In this document: positions 8,545 to 18,100 of the stretch, in pieces
Layout: the number at the start of each line of letters is the position of its first letter
Numbering within the stretch: the first letter of the stretch is position 1
IMG/VR virus record: IMGVR_UViG_3300030330_000805
Coordinates: 1-26,213 of that record
DNA from: a virus
Lineage: Duplodnaviria > Caudoviricetes
Length of the DNA stretch: 26,213 nt
Direction: 5' to 3' (one strand)
The notes under the pieces: generated by a model
Told to the model about the DNA's origin: nothing
What the model saw: only the letters and a program-made list of their open reading frames with translations
Database searches by the model: none
Program-made: the position numbers and the translations under genes

Positions 8545-11500
8545 CAGTATTCAACCTCCATCTTTCCAACATCCTTTCTCTCACCATGTATTATGTAGAA
8601 GCAGTCAATGCCCTCGTCTGCTGCATTAGCCACGAATACTTGGTTGTCTTCTATCTTTTCTACATACAGCATTTGGAAATCACCGTTTGGAGTCAGTTGC
8701 ACTGTTATTGTATCTTCATCGACTAGTTCTGTCCAATACTCAGGTAGTTGTATCACATTTCCTTCTAGTCTGCCTCTATGATACACTCCATGTTCCGGCC
8801 CTTCAAGAGAGCCATGTTGTAGTGTCTTGCCTTCTTTTGTTGGGTGTGGAATAACGAAAGACTTAGTTGTAGCACCGAATGAACCATTTACTTGTAGTTT
8901 GAAGCCCGGTGCAGTTGTGCCAATACCCACTCTTGTATTCGTGGAGTCAACATGTAATGCATTCGTATCAACTGTCAAGTCTCCTGATACAGTGAGAGAA
9001 GACAATGTTCCAACACTTGTGATTCCTGATTGTGCAGCATTTACATTCAGTGTGTCTCCGCTCAGAGTCAAACCTGTTCCAGCAGTTAGGTTGGTGTCAT
9101 CTGAGATGTCTATTGGGTCAACTGTGATTGCTTGACCACTGATGCTCAGGTAGTTTCCACTGCCAGTTAGTGTAACGTTTGTTGAGTTGTCTGTGCCAGC
9201 AGCATCAACACCTAATGCACTTCTAGCCGCAGATGCTGAAGTAGCCCCTGTTCCTCCTAGTGTGACAGGCACAGTTCCGGCAGTTATCGCTTGTCCTGAG
9301 ATACTGAGATAGTTGTTTGACACAGATGCAAGAGTCACATCCGTTGAGTTATCTGTTCCTGCTACATCGACATTCAAGTTAGTTCTAGCATTGGATTGCT
9401 GTGTTCCACTAAGTCCCTGTGAAGCGGTATCAACTCTCAATCTGTTACCTAGAGCAGTTGTGATGGTGTTAGAGAAGTTAGTATCATCGTTTATTGCTGC
9501 TGCTAGTTCATTCAGTGTATTCAAGGTAGCAGGAGCAGAATCTATTAGACTCAATACTTGGTTATCCACATAAGTCTTGATTGATTGTTGAGTAGCGAGA
9601 TGTGCATCGGAGTTTGAGTTCAAGTTATCTTCATCAAGAACTGGAACTACGAAGTCAAGTGTACCATCTCCATCTTGATATGACACTGTGATGAATGTCT
9701 CAGTATTACCTGTGACCATTCCACCAACGAAGTCCTCAATCTCCTCTTGTGTTTTGGCTACGACTGTCTCAGTAGCAGTGTTGATATGTGTCACATGACC
9801 ATTAGCATCAACGGTAATGTCCTGAATGTATGTTCTTCCACTGTTGTTGCTACTGGTTGCTGCTGATATGTCAGGATGTCCTGAAGCATCAACTGCAACT
9901 ACTGAGTAAGTTCCTGCACCAGTTCTTTTAATTAAACCATTAGAATTGAAATCTGAATCCATCACTGCTCCGGCTGCTGCCACACTGGTAGCGTTGGTTA
10001 CATCTGCATTTAGTGCCACACCTATCATGTTGCGAATTTGGCTTGGGCTGAGTTCCTCTATTACTCCATTAGCACCTGATACTCTACCTAGTACCCTTTC
10101 GTCATTAGATACATTCTGAATCTTCGCATATGTTACTTGGTCAGCAGCGATTTTATCAGTGGTTATCGCATCGTCAATTATCTTTGCAGTGGAGATTTTG
10201 TTGTTTCCTATTGTCAAAGCACCAGTGTTGCTGATAGTCGCATCTCCTGAAACTGGTTTGTTTGTGAAATGAGTACCGTTTGCAACCATGATTTGTGTAT
10301 CAATCGCACTGATTGAATCATCAATAATGTTGATTTTAGCAGGGGTAACTGCATCATCCACTATTTTCGCTGTTGTTACACTGTCATCTGCTAGTCTAGA
10401 AGTGACTACACTTCCGGTTGCCATCTTGATAGCAGTAACAGCACTATCTGCTATCTCAGCAGTATCAACAGCATTGTTGGCTAACTTGACATTTGTTATT
10501 GCATTTGTTGCAATCATACCTGAAGATACTGTCCCTGTATCACCAGTTGTAATTAGAGTTCCACTTATATTCGGTAGGCTGATTGTCCTGTCAGCAGTTG
10601 GGTCAACTATTGTTAAGGTTGTTTCGTGAGCATCAGCAGAAGCACCTTCAAAGACGAATGCGTTCTGAACATTCACTTTAGTTTGATTTACTGTTGTACT
10701 AGTTCCATCAACAAAGAGATTGCCCCTAACCCTAACAGTAGTATCATTGCCAGCATCGCCAATGTGTAGAGTATCAGTCTCATCGAGAAGTGCAAGAGCA
10801 GCGACAACATTCGCTTTGTCAGTGACATCTGCTGAAGCCTCAATTCCTGCGAGTTTATCAAATTGGGTGTCAGTCATTAGACCATGAGCAGATGTTGTTG
10901 CGTCAGGCAATGTTGCCGTAAACGTTGTACTATCTGATTTAGTGAATGTCAGAGTTCCTTCACTAAATGCTGCGGAAGTAACTGGTTTATTGGCATCATT
11001 TATGATGATTCTTTCATTGATTCTATTTACAGATATATTTCCGCTACCTTCAAAATTGACTGAAGTAAATGTTCCATCCGTTCCAGTTAGTTTCAACTTC
11101 TTTGTATTAGCACTATTAGTGTCTTCTACTGTGAATGTGTATTGTGTGTCATTAGCATCAAAAGATGTATCATCAACATAGTTCTTTACTGCTCTAGCAG
11201 ATGGAATAGTATCATCACTATTACTCGCAACAGACAAATCTGTATCTAAAGCAGTGATTCCACTCAAATCAGTAATAGTAGAAGAAGTTGTTAGGTAGTT
11301 GCCAACTGCTTGCTTTGCATTCAGTTGTGTCTGTATGGATGATGTCACCCCATCTAGATGACTAATCTCAGCAGCAGATACCCCTGTCACTCCATCTAGT
11401 ATGTTTATCTCTGCGGCAGATGCAGTCACACTTAGGTCACTGAGACTCTCTATCTTAGCACTCAATGCAGTCGTTAATCCTGTGACTTTGCTCTGTGCGA

Positions 11501-14500
11501 TAGCCAACAGTTTGTCATTTGCAATAGAACCAGCGAGTTGTGCATTGCTTATACCACCGGATTTTACTGTGACTGCTCCGCTACTAACATCAAAGTCATC
11601 ACTAGCGAACGATGCAACTCCCTTGTTCGATGCAGTGGCTTCTTCTGCATCTATTGTGAGAGTGCCACCACTGTCGTTGTATGTGGTTGTGATTCCCTCT
11701 CCATCTACAATGAGAGCATTGACTCTATCATCCACTCTCTCATCCGTGTAGTACAGGTTTGCACCTTCTGCTACATTGGCGGTAGTTAGAGTGATACTTC
11801 CACCTAGAGCAACGGTGCTACCATTTACTGTGACAGATGAATTAGTAAGTTTGCTGTTTGCTATGCTTCCGGCTAGTTGAGCGTTGGTTACTGAGATGTT
11901 ACTGACATTAGTTGCGAAGTTAGCACCTGCTGTTGCACCAGTTTCTATTCCTGCCAACTTACTATTCAAGGTAGATGTGAAGTTAACATCTGATTGACTA
12001 TCAGCAGATAGAACTCCTGTAACTGCGTTGATTGTTAGGTTGTTACCTACCTTTATCCCACCAAGAGTAGATGCCGAAGCATTGGCTAGATTGAAGTTGT
12101 TGGCATTTGCCTCTATCCCGTCTAACTTGGATTTCAAAGCATCTGTGAAGTTATTCTGTGACAGACCTCCATCACCAACAGTGTATTGCGTGTCTGTGAC
12201 AGTTTCTGTTGCTGATGTTAGACTAGTTACATGACCATTTGAATCCAAAGTCACTGATTGAATGTAGGTTCTACTTCCTGAGTTGTCAACGCTGCTGGCT
12301 GCACCGGAAATGGTGGGGTGTGCTGTGAGGAATCCACTGTTTGAATTGTCATAGTTAGCCAAGTCTCCATCTACGTTCAGTGTGTCACCGCTCAATGAAA
12401 TACGGCTTCCTGCGACTAGATTGGTATCATCTGATATGTCTATCTCACCAACTGTAATCTGTTGACCATTCAGAGTTAGATAGTCTCTGCTTCCTGCTAA
12501 CGTGACATTTGTTGAGTTATCTGTTCCACTGACATCTACTTGCAGGAGACTCCTAGCAGCAGACGCTGAGAGAGTTTCAACAGAGCCAGCGTTACTACTG
12601 CTCCTACCAAGTACAACTCCTGAGTCTACGTTCTGTATCTTGTCAAAGGTAACAGCATCATCTGCTATCCTTGCGGTGGCAAACGTGCCACTCGTAATCT
12701 TACTTGTAGCGAGGTTAGGGATACGAGCATCTGCGAAAGTCCCACTGGTTATCTTGCTTGCTGCTAGGTTTGGAACGTCAGATGCTGCTATCTGAGCAAA
12801 CACATTCGACAGGTTGATTTTCTTCAACCCACTACCAGTGTCACTATACATCAGGAAGTCATTTGTCTTGTGTATCCCATTCTCAGTGCTTAGTTCAGCG
12901 ATATCTACATTCACTGTCGCACCTGAGTTAGATAGCCCTGAGCCGAAGGTTAGACTCGCTTGCTTTCCTGCTAAGTCTGAAGTCAAGTTTGTTATCTTGG
13001 ACTGAGCAATGCTTCCTGCTAGTTTTACATTCGTAACAGCATTATCTGCTATTACATCAGTGCCTACTGCGTTGTTTGCCATATGGTCAGCAGTAATTTG
13101 GTCATCGTCAATATGAGCAGTTAGAATTGCATCGTCAGCAATCTTAGCGGAGGTCACAGCGTCATTTGCTAGTTTAGCAGTAGTGACATCGGAATCTGCA
13201 ATCTTACCAGTTGTTACACTTAGGTTTGCTAGTTGTGTAGTACCTACTGACGCACTCTGTATCTCAGATGCACCAACAGTATTTGCTCCGATGGAAGTGG
13301 ATAATGTGATATCTCCTGAACCATCGAAAGAAACAGCACTAGCGGTTACATCACCTGATAATGAAAAGTCTCTAGCAACAGATAGAGTTCCAGCAGAGGA
13401 TACAGTTCCCGTTAGATTGCCAATGAATGTTCCTGCAACGAATGTCTCAGAGCCAACTGTCCATCTTCCTGCACTCTCATCCCAAAATAGTGTCTTGTTG
13501 GTTTGGTTTCCCCTCTCTACTTCTATACCAGCGTCTTGTGATGGTGTGCCTGTCTCATCTGAGTTTAGGGTGATTATGCTATCTCCTATGTTGACAGTGT
13601 TTGAGTTGACTGTTGTTGTGCTTCCTGAAATGGTTAGATTACCACCAACAGTCAGATTACCCACACTAATATTGTCATTCGTATCGCCAAGGCTGAAAGT
13701 TCCTAGACTTACATTGTTCAAAGCCGTCTTTACATTGTTTGTACCTGTTACATCTGCACCTGCTTCTATTCCTAACATGGTCACTAGATTAGCAGGGGTT
13801 ATCTCCTCTACGTTTCCTGCACCTGAAGAATCTCTTCCTAGTATTCGATTCGTAGCAGACACGTTCTGCATCTTGGCGTATGTGATTGCATCATTAGCCA
13901 CATCTGCTGTTGCGATTGTTCCATCTGCTATCATGGCTGATGTGACTTGTACCTCTTCGACTGTTCCAGTGGAAGCCTTTCCTAAGACTCGGTTTGCTGT
14001 GCCAATGTCTTGTATCTTATCGTAGGTAACTGCATCACTTGCAATTTTAGCAGTTGTCACATTGTTATTTGCAATCTTAGTAGTCGTGACAGCATTGGTT
14101 GCTAATTTCACCTCTGAAACTGCTCCGTTGTTTATCTTAGCAGTATCAACAGCATTGTCTGCTAAGTTACTAGCATCTAGACTAGTGAGTTCACTGGTTA
14201 GTGCCAATGTTCCAGTGCTAGATGGTAGTGTAATAGTAGCAGAGCCTTTGGTCAGTGTTCCATCGTTATTGATTCTCATTGTCTCAGAACCACTGTTGAT
14301 TGCAGAGAACTGTCGAGTTGCTTGCTCGTAAAAGACGAATTGATGTAATCTACTAGTTGAGTTGTTTGCTTCTGCGGAATCAACCTTGACCACTATCAGT
14401 GGTATGTCTCCTGTTGCCAGTTCTGCAACTGTGGCTGCACTAGTGGTCGCCTTTCCAGTGACAGCACCATGTCTCCATGCTAAGGCATTTGATGAGTTTA

Positions 14501-14804
14501 CTACAACCACACCATACCAATCATTAGAGTTAGCAGCAATAGTAGCGACAGTAGTTGTTAGAGTAGCACCACTGACATCTACTAGTTTACCATCTCTGAG
14601 GACTTTACCTGCTGCAACTTGGAAATGTGTTCTACCACTGGTAGTTCCTTGAGTCAAACCGAATCCGCTTATTCCTCTGTTCTCACCAGTGGCAGCGTGT
14701 AGTGCCTTGATGATTCCTGAGTGTATGTTGTCTGTCCCATCCTTCAGTTGTGTGCTAGATGGATTAGTTGCTAGTGTTGAAATTATACCCGGATTTGTCG
14801 TCAT
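8544..14804 (-). CDS. Giant mosaic tail fibre 1 (2086 aa), probably virion-proximal
   Basis: N-terminal ~170-aa globular, anchor-like domain; runs of AKIADDAVTT decapeptides; APATLNTLNELAAAINDD motif; C-terminal KSFVIPHP...LEGPE.GVY.RG...LPEYW...GERKD domain typical of marine virus fibres. TAATG-coupled to the upstream gene. Confidence 0.85.
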   Translation of the reverse strand: MTTNPGIISTLATNPSSTQLKDGTDNIHSGIIKALHAATGENRGISGFGLTQGTTSGRTHFQVAAGKVLRDGKLVDVSGATLTTTVATIAANSNDWYGVVVVNSSNALAWRHGAVTGKATTSAATVAELATGDIPLIVVKVDSAEANNSTSRLHQFVFYEQATRQFSAINSGSETMRINNDGTLTKGSATITLPSSTGTLALTSELTSLDASNLADNAVDTAKINNGAVSEVKLATNAVTTTKIANNNVTTAKIASDAVTYDKIQDIGTANRVLGKASTGTVEEVQVTSAMIADGTIATADVANDAITYAKMQNVSATNRILGRDSSGAGNVEEITPANLVTMLGIEAGADVTGTNNVKTALNNVSLGTFSLGDTNDNISVGNLTVGGNLTISGSTTTVNSNTVNIGDSIITLNSDETGTPSQDAGIEVERGNQTNKTLFWDESAGRWTVGSETFVAGTFIGNLTGTVSSAGTLSVARDFSLSGDVTASAVSFDGSGDITLSTSIGANTVGASEIQSASVGTTQLANLSVTTGKIADSDVTTAKLANDAVTSAKIADDAILTAHIDDDQITADHMANNAVGTDVIADNAVTNVKLAGSIAQSKITNLTSDLAGKQASLTFGSGLSNSGATVNVDIAELSTENGIHKTNDFLMYSDTGSGLKKINLSNVFAQIAASDVPNLAASKITSGTFADARIPNLATSKITSGTFATARIADDAVTFDKIQNVDSGVVLGRSSSNAGSVETLSASAARSLLQVDVSGTDNSTNVTLAGSRDYLTLNGQQITVGEIDISDDTNLVAGSRISLSGDTLNVDGDLANYDNSNSGFLTAHPTISGAASSVDNSGSRTYIQSVTLDSNGHVTSLTSATETVTDTQYTVGDGGLSQNNFTDALKSKLDGIEANANNFNLANASASTLGGIKVGNNLTINAVTGVLSADSQSDVNFTSTLNSKLAGIETGATAGANFATNVSNISVTNAQLAGSIANSKLTNSSVTVNGSTVALGGSITLTTANVAEGANLYYTDERVDDRVNALIVDGEGITTTYNDSGGTLTIDAEEATASNKGVASFASDDFDVSSGAVTVKSGGISNAQLAGSIANDKLLAIAQSKVTGLTTALSAKIESLSDLSVTASAAEINILDGVTGVSAAEISHLDGVTSSIQTQLNAKQAVGNYLTTSSTITDLSGITALDTDLSVASNSDDTIPSARAVKNYVDDTSFDANDTQYTFTVEDTNSANTKKLKLTGTDGTFTSVNFEGSGNISVNRINERIIINDANKPVTSAAFSEGTLTFTKSDSTTFTATLPDATTSAHGLMTDTQFDKLAGIEASADVTDKANVVAALALLDETDTLHIGDAGNDTTVRVRGNLFVDGTSTTVNQTKVNVQNAFVFEGASADAHETTLTIVDPTADRTISLPNISGTLITTGDTGTVSSGMIATNAITNVKLANNAVDTAEIADSAVTAIKMATGSVVTSRLADDSVTTAKIVDDAVTPAKINIIDDSISAIDTQIMVANGTHFTNKPVSGDATISNTGALTIGNNKISTAKIIDDAITTDKIAADQVTYAKIQNVSNDERVLGRVSGANGVIEELSPSQIRNMIGVALNADVTNATSVAAAGAVMDSDFNSNGLIKRTGAGTYSVVAVDASGHPDISAATSSNNSGRTYIQDITVDANGHVTHINTATETVVAKTQEEIEDFVGGMVTGNTETFITVSYQDGDGTLDFVVPVLDEDNLNSNSDAHLATQQSIKTYVDNQVLSLIDSAPATLNTLNELAAAINDDTNFSNTITTALGNRLRVDTASQGLSGTQQSNARTNLNVDVAGTDNSTDVTLASVSNNYLSISGQAITAGTVPVTLGGTGATSASAARSALGVDAAGTDNSTNVTLTGSGNYLSISGQAITVDPIDISDDTNLTAGTGLTLSGDTLNVNAAQSGITSVGTLSSLTVSGDLTVDTNALHVDSTNTRVGIGTTAPGFKLQVNGSFGATTKSFVIPHPTKEGKTLQHGSLEGPEHGVYHRGRLEGNVIQLPEYWTELVDEDTITVQLTPNGDFQMLYVEKIEDNQVFVANAADEGIDCFYIIHGERKDVGKMEVEY
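8551..8559 (-). promoter_or_regulatory. Ribosome-binding site GGAGGTTGA for fibre 2
   Basis: Lies within the last codons (MEVE) of fibre 1, 6 nt before ATG 8544. Confidence 0.7.
13015..13286 (-). repeat. Run of about 9 degenerate decapeptide repeats (consensus AKIADDAVTT)
   Basis: Visible in the translation. Further runs at ~14013-14172, ~10332-10517 and ~10119-10205. Confidence 0.85.
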
Positions 14805-15160
14805 TAGTTACCCACCTCTACTCGTATTGTAAACGAAACCGTATCTCCACTGGCTACAACACCAGTATTCGTGAAAGTGACTCGGCTCAATAACGTGCCG
14901 TTTCCGTTTGTTGTTCCTGTCTCAAAGATACCTATTTCAGAAGCACCGGAAGGAGGAATCTGCGCTCCTGTGAAATCGACATTGTATATCAGAGTAGAAC
15001 CGACAATTGTTGGAGTCTGACCAGTTTTCTGAAAGAAGAAGTTATTCAATCCTGTTTGGCTTGCTGATGTGCTATCTCCACCATCTCCTATGGCAATAAC
15101 ATTGTATTGTCCCGCTATTAGTGTCGCTACTGCATTTGCTCCTTCGTTTACTACTGTCAT
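14804..15160 (-). CDS. Small tail/baseplate protein resembling the fibre-collar N-terminal domain (DUF3751/P2 gpH N-term-like), 118 aa
   Basis: Pattern VVNEG...IAIGDG......T.L...F...EIGIF....GTLLSRVTF...V.FTIRV. ATG at 15160 preferred over TTG at 15166 (GTGAGGA upstream). Confidence 0.65.
   Translation of the reverse strand: MTVVNEGANAVATLIAGQYNVIAIGDGGDSTSASQTGLNNFFFQKTGQTPTIVGSTLIYNVDFTGAQIPPSGASEIGIFETGTTNGNGTLLSRVTFTNTGVVASGDTVSFTIRVEVGN
14812..14818 (-). promoter_or_regulatory. Ribosome-binding site GAGGTGG for fibre 1
   Basis: 7 nt before ATG 14804. Confidence 0.7.
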
Positions 15161-15162
15161 CT

Positions 15163-18100
15163 TCAATCCTCACTTGTGTAATATCCTATAACCTGTCCTG
15201 CTGTTGTCTCAAATCCTAATGTCTCACCAAATCCAAACAGGTCATCAAAGCCCATGTTGGCTGTCTCACCTGTTCCTGTGATTGTATACTGTACTAATGT
15301 AGTCTTTAACGATATAGAGTCGGTTATGGTTTTTCCAGTGGAAACCTGTTGTGAGTTCCTACTGAACAACGTGGAACTTGAAGCACTCTGTTGTGTGCCG
15401 ATTTCAGATAGTCTTTCTGCTATCGTCTTGTCGAATGTGCCTACTGTCATGGTTAGTGTCGGTGTTAGAACGTTCTCTATCTCAAATATGATGTAGTCAT
15501 TAGGGGGAATGTCATATTGTGGGAAGTCTAGGAAAACAACATCTCCTGCCTCTAGTGTTTCAAGTCCTTTCTTCTCAACATTCAATGTTATCTTTCTAGC
15601 ATCGGATGAGTGGAGTTCTAGAAGTTCAATCGCTTTTACCTTAGCATCTGTGATGCTTCTAATGTTAGCATCAACGAATTTAATGTGAGTTCCAGCGTCA
15701 TCACTGGAAACACTTGTCTTGATTCTATCACCAATAACAGTGACTTTATTGGCTTTCGCAAAAAGAGAACTATTCTTCTTTACAGAGAAGACTCTATGAC
15801 TTCGATAGGAAATTGCCTGTTTTCTCAACAAGGGTGCAGAGTTTAAGTCACGAAATACCACTTTTTTGTTATTGACACGAAAATCTAAGTTCTTCTTTCC
15901 TGCTAATTTGTTTAACATTTGGAAAGCAGATGCCTGAACGAAATTATCGGTAGAAACGAATGTTTTCTTGTTGAACTTAATTATCTCATCATTAACAAGA
16001 GGAACAAACCATAAATCGACATCTGTATCAGTAGTATCTACATCATTAACAGTGATAGTAGTTCCACTAGGAGTGGAAGCAACAACACCAATTGGATATC
16101 CTTCATGTGTGAATATAGTATCTCCTGCTACAATGTTCTCTACTGTGGCCTTGCAAGTAATGACATTGTTGGAGACAGAACTCACGATGTTTCCAGTAAA
16201 CTCTGCTTGAGACTGCACCATGTCAATATCGAGACCTGCTTCTTTGGCTATACGCTCAATCTCTGTCTCTACCTCTTCGCCAATAATCATGCTAGTTCCG
16301 ATATGGCACTTCGTTGCGTTGTTCAGGTTTGGCTGTCTATCTAACTCCAACTCTATTATCTCGCCAAATGACACTACTCCATTTCCAGTCAATGTTCCCT
16401 CATATGTTAGTTTAGCCTCTCGCTGCCTAACTCCACCTTCTATTGATGCTGAAACATCTGTAAATGTCATTAGTTTTCTTTGCCTGTTTGTGCCATCTGT
16501 AATGAAACAATCAAACACATCGCCATTTGAGAATGGTATGTTATGCACAGAATTACTAGGTGTCTCAGGAACTATTGATTCGATACTGCTTGTTTCAGGT
16601 GCTTTATCTAAGTTCATCAATACATAGGCACTGAATACCCCTTCGTCTAGATGTTGCGTTGAGTTTCCTGACCTGTTACCTGTATCGTATCTAGAAGTAG
16701 TCTCACTGTAATCCAAACCAGTAGAATGTAATCTGTTCAAAATTATCTCTTTCGGTGTGTCTCTAAATGTTGTCTCTGCCAATCGCATCAATCTGAATCT
16801 TGGTCTTCTTGCCATTTGATTGCCAAAGAATAGGTCATTATCTTCTATACCTCTATCTAATTTTATCACATGGGTAAATGAAGTGGCTGTGTTAGTTGTT
16901 TGATTAGTGGTGTGACTGAGAATCTTAGCCATGAAACCAATGTTTCCTCCGTTTCCTGACTGGAATATCTCTCCCCTATGCAATGCGGTTGCGTTTACCT
17001 TTGCAGCAAGACCAAGAGATAAGTCGTTTTTTCTTTCCAAGGTCTTCTCAGCAACGAGGTAGTATCCGGTTAGATTCGGAACAAACGAAAGCCAAGTGTG
17101 CTGTGAATCAGCATCACTAGTATCGATGGTAATCGTGTCCCTTGCACTATTAGTCTGACTGAGAGATACGTTAGCATCAGTTATGTCCAGTACGGGCTTT
17201 ATCATCATCTGCGCTCTGTATAATCCACCTTCACTATCCGAACCATTATTATCACTACCAATGCTATCAGTCCAGTCAGTATCATCATGTAAGTCATAGG
17301 TTGTAGTTGTTAATGTGTCTCCTTCTTTCGACCCCAAGAAGTATTTTACTCCTAAATCAGTGAAAGTACCTACACCGCTATTTCCAGTATTGTCAACTTG
17401 GCCTGACCTCGTATGCGTTCCTGTTATTGCATAGGTGTTCGGATTATTTTGGAATATCATGGTGTTTACAGTGTGTTGGTCAAGGTCAGTTGTACTGTCA
17501 CTACTGCCCCCATTGAAGCCAGTAACATAAGCGGTGTGGTTGTCCTTTTCTTGTCTGCTTCCTAGTATAGCACTTGTTTGAAACATGTCAGTTGGTACAT
17601 CCGGGCCATCTCTACTAATCTTCCTGATGTTTCTAAATACTCCAATACAGTTCTCATAAGGATGGGCATCAGTATGCAATCCGTATTTTTCATTTCTAGG
17701 AATATCAGTTGAACTTACTCTGTGTACTAGACCTGCGATAACTCTTGAACTATTTGTGAAACTTGCAGTTCCACTATTTATTCCAGTATTACCATGCCAT
17801 GTGTATTCTGGATGGTAGGGACTCAAATCTGAAACATTGGGATTCGTACTGTGTGTTGATGATTTAAACACGAATGGTATGAAGACACTAGGAGGCAAGA
17901 AGGCATCTCCCCCATTACTAAGTTTAGCATACTTGAATATACTGCCTTCTGAGTGATAGTTGGGTCTTGCTAAGTAAACACTTGTGAAATCTACCTTTGT
18001 CTGTGACTCAACAAAATTATTATTGGTTAGTATTGGTGTTTGAAATCCTTCATCTTCAAACTTAAATATCTCAAAGGACAACAATGAGTATTGTCTGATT

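Noticed and set aside
7819-14172. Periodic repeats as a CRISPR array or DNA-level satellite
   Set aside because: The repeats are conserved as protein with degenerate codons; there is no identical nucleotide repeat with unique spacers.
1048-14804. Giant repetitive proteins as cellular adhesins, autotransporters or S-layer proteins
   Set aside because: No signal peptide, membrane anchor or beta-barrel is evident, and they sit in a TMP-Dit-hub-chaperone context.
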